Shown here piece after piece: positions 37,719 to 51,057 of a stretch of 64,000 bases of DNA (position 1 is its first letter; each line of letters starts with the position of its first letter). A program made the translations under genes and the position numbers. Source of the stretch: Ramazzottius varieornatus (lineage: Eukaryota; Animalia; Tardigrada); assembly GCA_001949185.1 (NCBI GenBank), contig BDGG01000002.1, positions 1 to 64,000 on the forward strand. The letters run 5' to 3'. The notes under the pieces are model-generated. The model was given only the letters and a program-made list of their open reading frames with translations, was not told where the DNA came from and did not search any database.

Positions 37719-38524
37719 TCACACAGTGGGCGTGGGCATAATGAATCCTGCGGGCATACTTTCGGCACGGATGGTCCCTGCAGTTGTTACAAAGAGTTTT
37801 ACAAGACAAAGCCGTGAAATGAATCAGGTATGACGACCTACCGCCGGGTTGTCCAGAGTAAAAGTTTCCTTGAAAGAGTCCGCCGCCGACTCCCACCTCA
37901 TTTCCTTGTTCGTCCTTCCAGAATCGTGGAGTTCCGGTGCAGGACCAAGTGATGCCAAAAGTGCAGGCCCCAATAAACTTTTTGGGCTTCGTTTTGTCGA
38001 TGAATGCAGAGGTGAAAAAACCTTCCAAGGCAGAAAACACTTTATGAAATGGCCGAGAGCAACCTTTGATCCACTGCTTCCCACTTGACCGACAATCAAA
38101 TCGGGCAAGTTTCCTGTGGCATTACAGAAAATGGCAGACGGGCTGGGCTTGGCTGTGAACGTACCTTCATCGCCGGTCCATGTTCCGTGAATGGGTTGGC
38201 TGAGGGCCACCACGGCGAAGCCTTGTAGTCGCGTGGGGTTCTCGCTGTCCTCAGCTGTGGCCGATCGGTAGTGGGTGTAGCAGACGTTGCTTCCATCAGA
38301 GTAGTATTCGCAAGCAAAGGCCTTGCCTTCGCTGTCCGATCTGGCTGTCACTGACATAGCCATACCTGCAAGCAGGCCACAACCATCGTTAGGGCTTACT
38401 CGCAACGTCACTTGAAACATAAACAATATCCCAAAGCGGCAAAGAGATCACAGCCTAGTGTCCTCAGCCACTCACCTTGGAACCAAAAGCAGGCCAAGCA
38501 TACCAGCGACAACATTGTCACCAT
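37719..38524 (-). CDS. Orphan secreted 4-Cys protein, paralog 2 (YYSDGSN family), 4 exons
   Basis: MVTMLSLVCLACFWFQ|; AFACEYYSDGSNVCY; HGTW; KKFIGACTFGITWSC; GGGLFQGNFYSGQPG|; last exon GTIRAESMPAGFIMPTPTV*. Confidence 0.8.
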
Positions 38525-39281
38525 CTTCTTCTCTGCTTCTTCAGTCAGACACCAAGCAAGTAAAGCTAAAGAATGAAAACTGATAACTGGGTGGGATGTT
38601 CAGTCGTGGAACGGAACGGCTCGACGAGGACAGTGTAGTGGAATTCCGGTAAACCACAGCCCTGTCATAAGCCTATCCCCTCGATCTCGTCTTTTGGACT
38701 TTACTCCACTAATCTGATGGTAGATTTGCACTATGTAAGGAACGTGCTCGACGACAGCTTCATCAATCGCAATCTTTAGTTGAGTCGACTTTGAAATCTT
38801 GAAACCAGAAGCGCAACTTTTGAATTCAGCCAGAAGCCGAGTCAGAAATCTTTGCCGAAAGAAACATGGCCGACGAACTCAGCCAAGATACTGTATTTTC
38901 AGTTTCAAGTCTGTCGAGATATCAATGGACGATCAGACTGTTCGAGCTTTCACATATCGCAAACTCTGTACTGAAAACAAATGCGTAATTTGATCCGGGC
39001 AACAGAAATTTTTTACTCGCAACTGCAACGTAACGCAGTAGAAGTGTGTGGCCTATAATCTTTTGGCTCCTTTGCTCGGCCTTCCCAGTGGCCAGAACCA
39101 CTAGCTAGTGTATATGGAACGTCGGGAAGTGATGCCAGCAGATGCCAGCTCAGACTGCGCACGGTGTCATTGTTGTTGACTGAAAGCGTGCGCAATTTGA
39201 GAAAGCGATCTGGATGAATTTATTTGTCGACGTCGCATATAGTTTTCAAGTTGGGAACTGGATAAAGTTGAAAAAGTGGGA

Positions 39282-40003
39282 TTATTGAGAAGGTCCGGTC
39301 GGCTGAGAAGCGAACTTGATTGGACCTGCGGAAAGGTAGGTAATGATGAGGTTTGTATCTGGTCACAGTCTTCACTTCTATAATATTGGACTTACTTCCG
39401 GGTCTGCCGCTGTATGCCGCACCACGGAACATGGCGCCTCCTAGTCCAAAGGAAGTGTTGGTGGCCGGGTCGAAGGTGAAGGTAGGTGGCGTGCTGCACT
39501 CGAAGCCGTCACTGAATATGCAGGACCCGATGTACTCTCGGGGCGCGCTTGCGTCAACTGCGCTGGTGAAGATTCCTGCCAGTTTCCAACAAACAGGTTT
39601 TGGTAGAGAGACACACCAGTACTCGTAGGCTAGGTTAAAAGACGCGTAAAGACGGAAGACTCTATATCAAATGCCATTACCGTCTTCTTTACGCCAGCTT
39701 CCACGGATAGAAGCACCCAGCATGACTATAGCAAAGGCCGGATCGAGACGATCTGCAGCATAGCGCTTGTGGTCCTTCAGGGTCGACTCGCGGTACTTGT
39801 AGTAACAGACATTGCTTCCGTCCGAGTAGTACTGGCAAAAGAATGGTCGGCCGCCCAAGACCTCTTCAACTAGAACGACAGACTATCATAGCTATATAGC
39901 TCGATTATGGAAAAAAAACTATTTGTCTCTTACCTGTCATACTCTTACCTGTCATAAAACACAAAACGGCGACCAGAAACAGGCTCTTCGTCGTGACTTC
40001 CAT
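39282..40003 (-). CDS. Orphan secreted 4-Cys protein, paralog 3 (YYSDGSN family), 4 exons
   Basis: MEVTTKSLFLVAVLCFMT|VEEVLG; PFFCQYYSDGSNVCY; RGSW; REYIGSCIFSDGFEC; GGAMFRGAAYSGRPG|; last exon SPIKFASQPTGPSQ*. Confidence 0.8.
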
Positions 40004-40710
40004 GTCAAAGATATACTATTGTTCTCACAGTGAGCGAAGTGTGGGCAGGCACCGTGGACCTCTGCTAAGGTTTGACAAACAAGCATTGGCAGTGTGCTGT
40101 CAGAAAAATTTCAATGTCAACACTACGGCACACAAATAAAACTATACGTGACTTCTAGTGGTAACATACAGTAGGTAGGGAGCCATGACGCAAAAGTCTC
40201 GATGAAAAAGTTACAAAAGAAAGCGGAACTGGTTGGAGGCAGTTTCTTCGTGACAGCCTAAATGCGCAAGAAGGAAGTTGCCAATTGTACATCAGCCCCA
40301 CGGTGGACTAACTCTATTCCTCTCCAAAATATTTTTCCTTTGCGCTTGTGATGTTGAGCTGACTGAAGGATTAGAACATTTTGATGGAACAAACATAGTT
40401 CCTGCATGCGGATTCGGCATGGCTGACCAAGCCGGGCGTGACTAACCGCCATGTTCCGCAAATACGTAACAACTGGAAGTGAGGTTACGTCATCGCAGAT
40501 TTGGCCACGCCCCGTACGGGACAGCTGTTTGGGAAATCCCATTCATTCTGATTGTTTGATTTGTAATCACACATGCAACCAGATCAGCATGATATTTCAG
40601 ATAGACTCGATAGAGTGTCCAGACGGAAACGATATCGATTCTTGCATACTTGATTTTAGATCTGGGCTGTTGCACAGGAATTAGCGATCAACACGGGTGT
40701 CTTGGGAAGA

Positions 40711-41953
40711 ATGGCTGCCCAGCCTGCCCTCAAGTCGTCGCTGCATTCTCAGTTGTATCGCGCTGTCCACACACTGGTTGCTGCTGCCAGTCGCTCCGAT
40801 CCTTCCCCTCCTCCAAGCCTGCAGTTCGTCCCAACTCACGTCTCAGCTCGCCACGACGACGCTGCTCGTCTCTCCGACTTTATCTTCTCCAAGAAGAAAC
40901 TAGTGTGTTTAACGGGGGCGGGTATATCAACCGAGAGTGGCATACCTGACTATCGCGGCGAAGGTGTCGGGTTATACGCTACCTCACGTAAGAAGCCCAT
41001 GCAGTTCGCTGACTTTATGGCTAGTGACAGGTTCCGACAGTCCTTCTGGGCCAGGAATTACGTCGGCTGGAATTCCTTCAACCAAGTGCAGCCCAACATG
41101 ACGCACGTCTTCTTGGCCAACCTAGAAAAGCGCCATGATAAAGTGCTTCACTGGTTAATCACACAGAATGTCGACGGGCTGCATATCAAGGCTGGCTCCA
41201 GACGAATAACCGAGCTGCACGGCACCTCCTTCCAAACGCACTGCCTCAGCTGTGGATACATGATATCCCGCAAGACGTTTCAAGAACACCTGCGCGAAGC
41301 CAACCCCTCCTTCCATGCCGTCAGCCTGGCTATCCGTCCGGATGCTGACGTGGAGTTGACGACAGAGCAGGTTAGCAGCTTCAACGTACCACCCTGCCGC
41401 AAGTGCCAGAAAGGCATCATGAAGCCCTACATTGTCTACTTTGGAGAGAATGTGCCCAAGGAGAGAGTGGCCTTCTTGTACAGAATGGTGGAGGAGAGCG
41501 ATGGACTGCTGGTGCTGGGATCCTCCATGCAGGTTTGTGCCGTCCGCCGCTCAATCAGCGTGGTCAATCAAGCCACAGTAGCTCCACAAGGCCGTGCCCG
41601 CCACTTGTCGCTTGGTGTTCAGCCTTGGTTGGGCACGGCCTTGTTAGATTAGCTCTAGTGAGCGCGCCGGTCCGCGCGGCCAGCCAGTTATGAACTTGAG
41701 ATATGTCGAAGAAGCCCAGCGCTCGGATTGCGAAGGCGCTGGGGACTTGGGTGGATGGTTCTGGGACTTTTATTGGTCGTTGCAGGTTTATTCGGGCTAC
41801 CGGTTTGCTGTCAGTGCTGCCCAGCAGAAGAAGCCGATCGCCATCGTCAACATCGGGTCAACAAGAGCCGATCATCTGGCTAATTTAAAACTCGATAACG
41901 TTCGTTGCGCTGATGTTCTATCCTTTATCAACATCGATAGTAACTCTGTATAA
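40711..41953 (+). CDS. SIRT4: Sirtuin-4 (class II, mitochondrial), 2 exons
   Basis: [43 protein letters not shown], CxxC...CxxC, IRPDADV, GSSMQ|VYSGYRF; intron 41533-41785. Confidence 0.95.
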
Positions 41954-42052
41954 AGATTCCATCTTTCTACTTCTTAGAAAAATGCATGTTACAGTTTGAA
42001 TCTTGACCGGTAGAATCCCAGTAATAAGGTTTCAGGTTACAGCGCTGGAGAA

Positions 42053-43748
42053 TTATCCATTGATTTCGATAAATTCGCCGGAGACTGCACTTTTAAAGGA
42101 AGCGTCGGTGTTGGTTCGTGATCTGGAAAGACGCTCTGCGGAGTTGGCGGTTTGGAAGGAGGCGCTGGATGGCACTCTGCTTTCAGTCTTGAAAAGTGGG
42201 CTCTTGGTTGATGAGGCGGTTGAGGCCAGCCGTGCTGCGGCAAGTTGCTCCTGGCGCCCTTCGAAGGCCACTCTGAGGGGCGTAATTTCCTGCAGCGTGT
42301 TGTGCTGACTTCGCTGCCGTTGGGAGAAGGTCAGACGAAAGAAGGTTAGCCAGTTGAGCCAAACGATCAGTGCGGCCAGGAGGAGGCAGATGAGGGTGGT
42401 GACAAAGAGGAAGATGAAGAGGTTGATCCAGGGTACTTTCTCCGCCTCAGTCTCCAGCAAGGCGCCAGTTATGGTGGTCATGGTGGCCACTCCGGCATTG
42501 TGGGCGAACTTGCCAAAGCCCAAGCCAAGTCCCACGGTGTCTGAGCTGACGACAACGGGCACTGTCGACCACGCCAGAGGGCCGAAGCCGGTATAGCCCA
42601 AGCCGACCATCACCGTTAAGAGCGCCGCAGGGAATTGGGGGATGGTCAGCTCGAAGAGGAAGGCAAGAAAGAGGATGGCAGCGCAGCCCAGAAACCAGTA
42701 TTCTCGGTGGCCAAACCTGTCCATCAAGTAGCCGGCCAGTGGTGCCAGCAGCCCCATGTCGTAGACTAGGCCGACGACATAACTAGAAGCTGACTCTGAG
42801 AAAGCGTAAGCTTGCTGTAAAGACCAACCACAGTGTCATAGATGGAAGATATAGTATATGTCTGATATTTGCATTGGCTTACGGAGATATAATTGGGTCC
42901 GTTGGCGGTGAAGGTGGAGACGGTGCCGTAGTAGAAGAAGATGATGAGGGTGATGGCCCAGAAGAGATGGTCGAAGCTCTTGATGGCCAGCCACAAGGAA
43001 GAAGGCTGGCCAGTGGCCGTGGAGGTCCAGACCACACCCAGGGCCCCCGACTTGTTGTCCAGGTAGGATAAAATGACCGCCGACGCCGAAGCGATGATAA
43101 CCATGCCGACGGAGAACCACATGACACCTCGCATGCCGATATAGGGTAAGAGGGCGCCCAAAATCAGGTAGGCCGATGCGTCGCCGATCCTGTCGAACAT
43201 GATGTGAAGGGAGAAGGATATGCCTAGCTCCTTGTAGAAGAACCATCCTGCTTTTATCCGATGGCCCAGCACTCCGTAAGAGCCGGCAGCCAGTCCCAGG
43301 ATGATCCGACCAAGAACCAGCAGACCTAACGAGGCACCGCGCGACTTGACGTAAGCGCCGAGCGTGAAGATTATCCTGGAAAAGCCATCGACATTAATCC
43401 AAACGTCATTGCGCTTGCATGCGCCAATATCATCAGTCGGATGGTAACAGTATATACTTACGGGCCTATAAGGTAGAAGGAGGCTGTTACCAGTAGCGCA
43501 AACTTGGTTCCATATCTGTCGCTGATGGCACCGGCCAGCAAGGAAGCTGCCGCCGCTGCCCAGCTGTACATGGAGATGACAACATTGAACTGCAGGATAT
43601 CAATGTCCAGACATGCATCTTCACCGTTACGGCATTCCTCGGCGGTCCCTGTCAGCCGCTGGACCAGAATACTGCTTTCCGAGATGAAGAACTCACTGAA
43701 GAAGGAGATGGCGCAAACCCAGAAGAGAATCCACCATCGCGTATCCAT
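42053..43748 (-). CDS. MFS transporter (MFSD1-like), 3 exons, intact
   Basis: Multi-TM protein; FNVVISMYSW, AGAISDRYG, GRIILGLAAG, WFFYKELGISFS, GYLMDRFGHR; GT-AG introns keep the frame. Confidence 0.85.
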
Positions 43749-44164
43749 CAAGAATATCCATCAGTACCGTCCACCCCTCTCCCCCCACTCCAGCCATGCA
43801 TGTACAAGTAATAAAGGTCCTCTGACAGCAGTCATTGCGGTATTTCCTCAGATAGTCAGTACACCAGGTTGTTGTCTGTCAGTAACAGACAAAAGCCTCG
43901 AAGACGATGAGAAACGTCAGGATAAACTCGCCTTGTTGCGAATACCTGGCAGCCAAATGTGCCGCTATTACATTTGGCCGCGAGCATTTTTCCAAGCAGT
44001 TCTTTTCAGTGCGAAGCACCAGTACGGCCAGTAAAACACTTTGTGTACAGTATCTAGAGGACGGGCATAAGATGCATACTTTTATCTGTGACTATGAAAT
44101 TGGCTGTTTGAGGGGGTGGTATCCACAAGCACAGTGCATTGATCCTTGAGTTTGTGGGAAGGCG

Positions 44165-46148
44165 TTAGGCGGTGTGCCCTCCGACTGTCTAAAAAGGTGA
44201 TAAGGGGAGAGATGATAATATAAGGCAAATGGCGGTCAAGACCACCAAGAAGGACAAGTAGGCTGGCTAGGGGACAGCGCCGGTGCTTCCATTCATGTTG
44301 AGGATGGCTCCCGAGGCCATGGTGGTCAGTCCACATCCCATGTAGGCCGCCAACTTGCCCGTACCCAAGGGCAGGCCCACACTTTCGCTGGCCACTACCA
44401 AGGGTATACTGGTCCCGGCTACCGGCCAAAAAATGGTGTAGCCTAGGCCGGTGAAAGCCGCCAGCACAGCGGCCGGGAAGGAGGTTCCCACCGTCAGGAC
44501 CAGCAGGAAGGCCAGAAAGGCCAGGGCAACGGAGGCCGACAGGCTGTGCTCTCTTCTACCCTGCATACCTGTCCGTCATCCAACCCACCACTGGCGACAG
44601 AACACCGATTTCGTACACTACGCCCACCACATAGCTCGACGTTGCCTCCGAAAATTGATAAGTGGTCTGCAAGGCTTTGCGGAAGTTTATCATTATGTAC
44701 GAGGTAAAACTAGCGGACTAGTCCATGTCAAATCGCATGAGGTAGTGGTTAGCCCTGCATCTCATCATCCGCTGATCAGACCTCGCCATGTTTTACTTTA
44801 TTCGATAGAAGAAAACGTCGTTCTATTTGTCAAACATAGTATACAGGAAAAAAAGAGCGGATTTGTTGAGAGCAAGGGCGTATTGAGGTCCCTAGAAGGT
44901 CCGCAATTTGGCCCTTTTTCTACGAAGTTTCTAGGGAATGTTAGTCCGGGTTGTGCCAGGCACGGGCCTGACAGGCGACATCGTAGAAGAAGGGCCAAAT
45001 TGTGGAACTTTCAGCGACCTCAATACGCTCTTGGTCGAGAGACATCCACTGGGAAGAGGGACAGCCGACGCAATATTAAAAGCCTGTTTTTCATAAAAAC
45101 GAGCTGATTTTAATCATTCAAGTTACGCTACACATGCGTGTGTAGAATTTTGAGGGTGGGCAACTCCACCATGCAATTTCACAGGGACAACTCCGCTTTT
45201 TTTACTTCGCTTGAGTAGGTGTTGAGTGGGGATGGGGCCCGATGGGCACATAATTATACATAGAGGGTTAAGCTAGATGGTAGAATGCACTAACCGCCAG
45301 TAGATAGGGTCCATCGGCAATGAAGGCCTGGATGGCTCCTTCGTAGAGAAAGAGGAGGATGACGAGGAGTCAAAAGAAGACGTCGAAATAAGCCAGAGAA
45401 AACCACAGCGTTCTGGGTCGAAGGTTACGGGGATTGCTCCATCCGATGCCCAACCTTCTTTGCGAATCGAGATGAGCCATTACAGCCAGCCCCAAGGCCG
45501 CAACCATGGAGAACATGAAGCCCAACTATAGACAAGCCTCCAGGCCCAGCGGCCCGACAAGGGCGCCAAAGAGTAGAAAGACGGCAGCCGCACCTAGTCG
45601 ATCAAAGAGAATTTCCACCGAGAAAGCCAGGGCCAGCTCCTTGCCCATGAACCGTCCAGCCTTCACTCGGTGAACAATGATAGCGTAGGCGCCGCTTCCC
45701 AGCCCGAACAACAAACGTCCCATCACCATCAGAGCATAAGCGCCGCTCGTCGTCCTTGCGTAAACACCCAGAGTGAAAATCGACCTAAGATAAAGGTGCC
45801 CTTGGACACTTTCCCGTTAGCATGGAAATGCCACTCCCCCCTCCATGGCTGACTTACGTGCTTACAATCATGGAAGCTGCGCAGAGCCATAAAGCGTGCT
45901 TTGTTCCATGTTGGACAATGACGACACCGGCAAAGAGCGCTGCAATGGCTCGCGTCCAGAAGTCAACGGAGATGATGGTGTTGAACTGATACAAGTTGAA
46001 GTTGAGGCAGGTACTAGCTGTTGGCGTTGCCACATTGGGCGGCGGTGCCGGTCAGGCGTTGGACCAGTATACTGGCTTCCTTGTCGAAGAAGGTCGGGAA
46101 AAAGACGCTGAAGCAACAGGTGGCCAGCACCCACCATCGCCTCTCCAT
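44165..46148 (-). pseudogene. Tandem MFSD1-like paralog, disrupted
   Basis: Colinear with 42053-43748 (ERRWW...EASILVQRLTG, GRLLFGLGSG, GKELALAFS, FSEATSSYVVGVVYE). Stops at Trp positions (EACL*, FF*LL) and frameshifts in exons 1 and 3. Confidence 0.8.
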
Positions 46149-47455
46149 CGGCCAACTACCGCCGTCTGCTGACTACTGCTGCTACCCACATGAGGCAGTG
46201 GAGTTAAAGGTAGAGAGAAATCATTAAAAGACCAATGTTGTCATCGATATAGCTGGCAGGTGTGTACTGATCATGGGGTAGCACTATAGGTAAAACCGAC
46301 ACATGTGGCTGCCTGATGGAGGTCCTTGCGGCGCTTTACCTGCTGCCTTATACCAACTTCATCACCTTCAGTAGTAGCCTAGGTCTGCTGGTAGAAGGTT
46401 TCCCTAACGCAATGTACGCTTAGCCTCTGACCACCAGCGGCAATGGGCGAATAGACGGTCATCGACCAGCGAATACTGTACTGCAGATCAAAAGCTAGCT
46501 TTCAAAGGAGTGGAAGCTGGCATTCGCTTGAGAAATTGCGTAGGCCGTCTGAAAGAGGAAAAGACTGCTGCCTAGGGTATAGCGCTATTCTCGTGTAGAA
46601 CGATGGGTCTTTAGGGAAGAAGCTCATTGTCAATCATGGTGCTCCATCGGCCAGCAATGACTGGATAGGTGCTGGCGGCCATTGCGATGAGCAAGACGAG
46701 GGGAGGCAGAAGAGGTGTAGTTGGCGTAGAGAGAGTACCCTACTGACGGTGGTCAGCCATCGCTGGCACTGCTCCATCCCCTCGCCATCGGTAGCCCTGG
46801 CCCAATCCATGTCAGCAAGACAGCAGCAAGTCTGTCCACTCAGCACTACATCATGGACTTTGCTTATAATCAGCATAGTATGGCCGCAGCAATGTATCCC
46901 CCTGGCTGGCAGACAAAATGTGAACAACAGTGGCCTTGATCCACTGTCTTTGGCCAACTATTGCGCCCAACCATACCAGCTAAAGGAATGTCTATTGTGC
47001 TAGCTCGCGGGGGCAGTGTCGCCCCCGAGCCTATATCCGCAACAGACGTATCCCATCATTCTCAAGTCTGATATTTCTCTCAGCCTTGGACAACAGTCAC
47101 AGCAAAAGCTCAAGCTATCGTCGGCAGGCAAGCAAGCGAAAGTTATGAGCCTTGTGCTCAATTCGATTCGATTGCCCAGTAGCGCAGTGGTTGGAGGTGC
47201 TCATCTACACTTCACTGAAGTAAAAAGCCTCAAAGGACAGTGGAACTTCACCGAGAAAATACTAAAAGTAAAAACATTGAGCCTAAATTTGTGGCCGTCA
47301 ACCTGGCTTAGTTAGCGACAGTCTCTGCACAGGTGGTGGCGGTAACCAGGGCCCCGACCATGGCCACTGATGAACTTACAAGCATAGCGTACGGGGGGTA
47401 GACGGTAGGCACAAAGTCACAAGACATCTTTGGCCTAGTTGACACTTGCCAGCTG

Positions 47456-50400
47456 TCAGAGATCCGTCTGCAAAGGGATGAAAAATAAGGCGGCTGGTCC
47501 AAAGTGCAGGCTAACGCTAAGGGATCAAGTAGTATATGTCTGACAACTTACTTCTTCGTACTGGGGTTCGTGGAGGATGGAGCGGAGGCTGGCGCCGCCT
47601 GTCTGTGTACCTTCCGACAGAAGCAAGTTGGTGTCGCCGTCGGGCCGCAACTTGATGCCCTCGTTGGGCAGTTTGGGGCTGTTGCTGATGCTCCCCCTCA
47701 GTGGGCCATTTCTGGTTATGGGATAGGCTGGGTTAGAGCTGACCGAGCTACGAATGGACTCGCTGCGTTGCCTGACGACATCGTAGGCACTGCTACAGAG
47801 ACAAGACAAGACTGTACCATCATTCTTTTCTGCCCAGACAGCTAGTAGGGCACAGCTGGAGACTTACACCACCTCCTGCAGGTCGGCCACCGAGATGAGG
47901 ACATTCTCCACCGATAGGCCTTCCACAGGCTGGCTGTGACCCTCGCGGAGCAGCAGGCCACGGGCTAGAGCCGTCAAGCGCACCTTGCGGTAGGCGTGGG
48001 GCGAGGCTGAGCCGGAGGGCGGGTGGGAAGGATAGCCGGCTGAAGAGGACGCGTCGGTGGCAGCGCCGTTGGCTGCACTGGCCACAATGTCCGGCGGCAA
48101 CATTGGACCGCTGCCCCCACCTCTGACCATACTACCGCTGGACCGGCCAAAGTGGAGAGGCGATATCGACGAGGGAATCGACGTCCTACATGACACCAAC
48201 ATTCACCCAACACAAGCTTCATTGTCCATCATTGGCAGCTTTGGCCGCCGAAGAATGTTTTGGGGGAAATGAGGGCTAAAGGTGCTAGTACCTGCTGAGG
48301 CTGCCACGATGCTGCAGGGCGGCCAGGCTGCCGGGGATGGGCAAGGAGCCTGTGTTTCGGCTGGAGAGGCGCAGGGGGATATTGGCCAGTTTGAAGGCAT
48401 TACCGGCAATGGCGAAAGGATGGAAAACCTTCTCGGCCATAAACTCTTGGTACCTAAAGGGGCATGACCAGTTGAAAGAGCAGAGACGCCACTGCAAGTT
48501 GCAAATCTCGGGCTGGACGTTAGTTACCGCTTGGCATAGGCCGTCGGATGGCAAACGGAAATGGTCGATCCGTCATGGATGACCGACTTGAAGGCATGCT
48601 CCAGCTTCTTCCGCAAGCGCCAATGCTGTAAAATGTCGATAATACCGATGAATATCAGCAAGCGCTCACCTGTCAACATAAGTATACAATCATATCTCCA
48701 TCATTCTGCCTACCGAATTCTGCCTACTGAATTTCTATCAAGATAAATAATTCTGAAATATGGGCTCTGGGCAGAGCTCCTCAGAAGTCTGGGGTCATAG
48801 CGTAGAGACATAATCGATGAAATTTAGACAAGGGTAGCCCAAGGGTAGGGGTCGGGGCTTGCCATGTGGAGGCAAAGAATTTTCAAGAAAAAGCTGAAAC
48901 CCTCCCTTGCCCTTGTTAAAAGTCATCAGCGCTGTGCCTCTACCCCATGACCCCAGACTTCTGAGAAACCTTGCCCACAGCCCATATTCCTTCGTGCCTT
49001 TCTTGGTTCTTGCCATAAGACTTCCGCCAGTGACGTTGGGGTCGATGTTAGCTCGGAGGAGTAATGCGTTGAGCTCGTCGTCGTTCATTTGTGAGACGGC
49101 TGATTGCTGCCTGACAAAGGCCTCCTCGCCTTGCAGTTCCGTTTCCGGCGGGGTGTCGGGATTGTTATTGCGCGGCATGGCAGCCAATCGATGACGATTA
49201 ATGGAGCGTGTCCGACCCAAACCTTTGCTGCCTTCCTCATTGGGACTCTCTGTTGCCACCCCTGTTTCTTTGCCCTCCCTCTCATCCCGAACGTCCTGAT
49301 CCAGATTATGAATACCTACAACAACCACAACGGACATTAAGGCTATTTCCAATTCAGTCCTCTTAGAGCTTAATAAAGCATAAGCTCTCGCACTTCAGGC
49401 ACCTGCATACGTCAGCCTCATTCAATCATCACGTTTACCCAGTATGCAGGCGCCAGCTGAGCCCGTACGCTGCATTTGAATTGGATATCTATCAGCCACC
49501 CACATACACGACAATGCTTGTTCGGCTGCAAGCGCAAGCATGCAGGTGCTTGTTGTTGGCGCATGTCAACGCTCGATTCTGGTTCATTGCGTCACACTGG
49601 CCTTTTCTTATGATAGATCATATTGTGTGAGGAAAAGATGAGCGTACCTAGAAGAAGGCTGTAGTCCATGATCTTGAAGCTCTGGAGGACGAGGCAGTCG
49701 CGCTTGAAGAGGCTCATCAGCTGCAGGTAGGTCTCGTTGTCCAGATAGATGCCGTCGGCATACAGGTGCAAAAAGTCCACATCTTTCAGCGTGGGCACGG
49801 CCTTCTCCTTCTCCTTCTCCGAGGCGAAGCGGTTGTAGGTGGAGCCCTTGAGATCAAACTTGTGGTGATACTTTATCCGCCGCGGCAGCAGATTGTCCAT
49901 GACGATGATGCGCACGTTCTTGCCAAAAGCCTTGTAGCAATATAAGCCTGCGAAGGAAAGCCCCATCAAACAGACACATACAAGACGGAGGGTTATCCTG
50001 CTGACCGAAGAACTTGGGCAAGAGTGTACGAGGGTTCTGGACGATATTCATATAGTACTGCGGTAGCAGCTTGAGGAGGAAGCCGGCTTCACTATGATCC
50101 ACCGTCTTGATGATGAACATCTCGTCCTCCGTCAAGTAGAACAAGGAGCCGCTGGCCCCAGGATTGGAGATCTCGATCAGCCCTTCCACACAGATCGACA
50201 TCTAGACATGAACAGAAGGGACATTAAGGGCAGCACGCTGTTACGGCACAGCGCGACGACCAACCATGTAGTCCTCTGGCGAGATGTCAAAGACTTCCCT
50301 AAAATGGCGGAAAGCGATGGGTGCGTAGGTTTTGAAGTGAAAGTCGCCAAAGTTGTGGGCAGGAGTGAACTTGGTGCCGGCTTCGGGGTGAAAAACAATC

Positions 50401-51057
50401 TCCGTATTCTCAAAGTCGGTGAAGAGGACGTCGCGCTCCGGCTCGCTAGCCAACTTCCCCACCGAATGCCGTATTCCTTCCTGGATACTCTGCATCAGCT
50501 TGCTGGAAGGTACCTATAAACGGCGTCGAATCAGAAGATGGCCATCTCCGACCATCATCCTTCATGAAAGAGCATGCATACGTCGTCCATGCACAGTGGC
50601 CGCGATGGAAGCACGGCGTAGTGTATTATGCCGTAACCTGAACGGCAAACGTCAATGCGAAATGCAAAGCACCCAAGGGCGCATGACGTCACCAATTAGG
50701 CCTCTACTCCAAGACTAACGCTTAACGTCATGAGCCTGTACTGTTACATCGTATACTACATACCCGTTTATAGGAGATGTTGCCTTCTTGATCCACTCTG
50801 CGATGCCCAATCTTGTGCTTGCCCTGCATCCGCGGGAAGCCTTCTCCTTCCGAGTTGCGTCTTTCCCTGTGGCCATCGTCGGGAAGTTTGCCTTTGAGGG
50901 AAGAGGGGAAGCCGTTGGGCAGGGGTTCGGTGACAGGGCTAGGGGAGCTGAACAGGTAAGGCTCCGAGATTGACATTGGCCCAGCCATCAGCAACGAATC
51001 CCGATATGGCCCCACTTGCAAGCTGGTCGGACTTCTTTCGTCGGACCTCTCCATCAT
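47456..51057 (-). CDS. PIP5K1: Type I phosphatidylinositol-4-phosphate 5-kinase, multi-exon
   Basis: [93 protein letters not shown]; probable terminal mini-exon TDL*. Confidence 0.95.

Noticed and set aside
9921-45530. In-frame stops at expected Tyr (TAA/TAG) or Trp (TAG/TGA) positions in three genes, suggesting codon reassignment or read-through
   Set aside because: Conserved genes here end normally with TAA, TAG and TGA. The SLC22 and MFS copies also have frameshifts or a broken donor, and each stop is one substitution from the sense codon.
48795-49352. 185-aa ORF as a nested foreign gene inside PIP5K
   Set aside because: It contains GIHNLD and the GG..AR.KG motif, so it is the PIP5K kinase-insert exon plus intron read-through.
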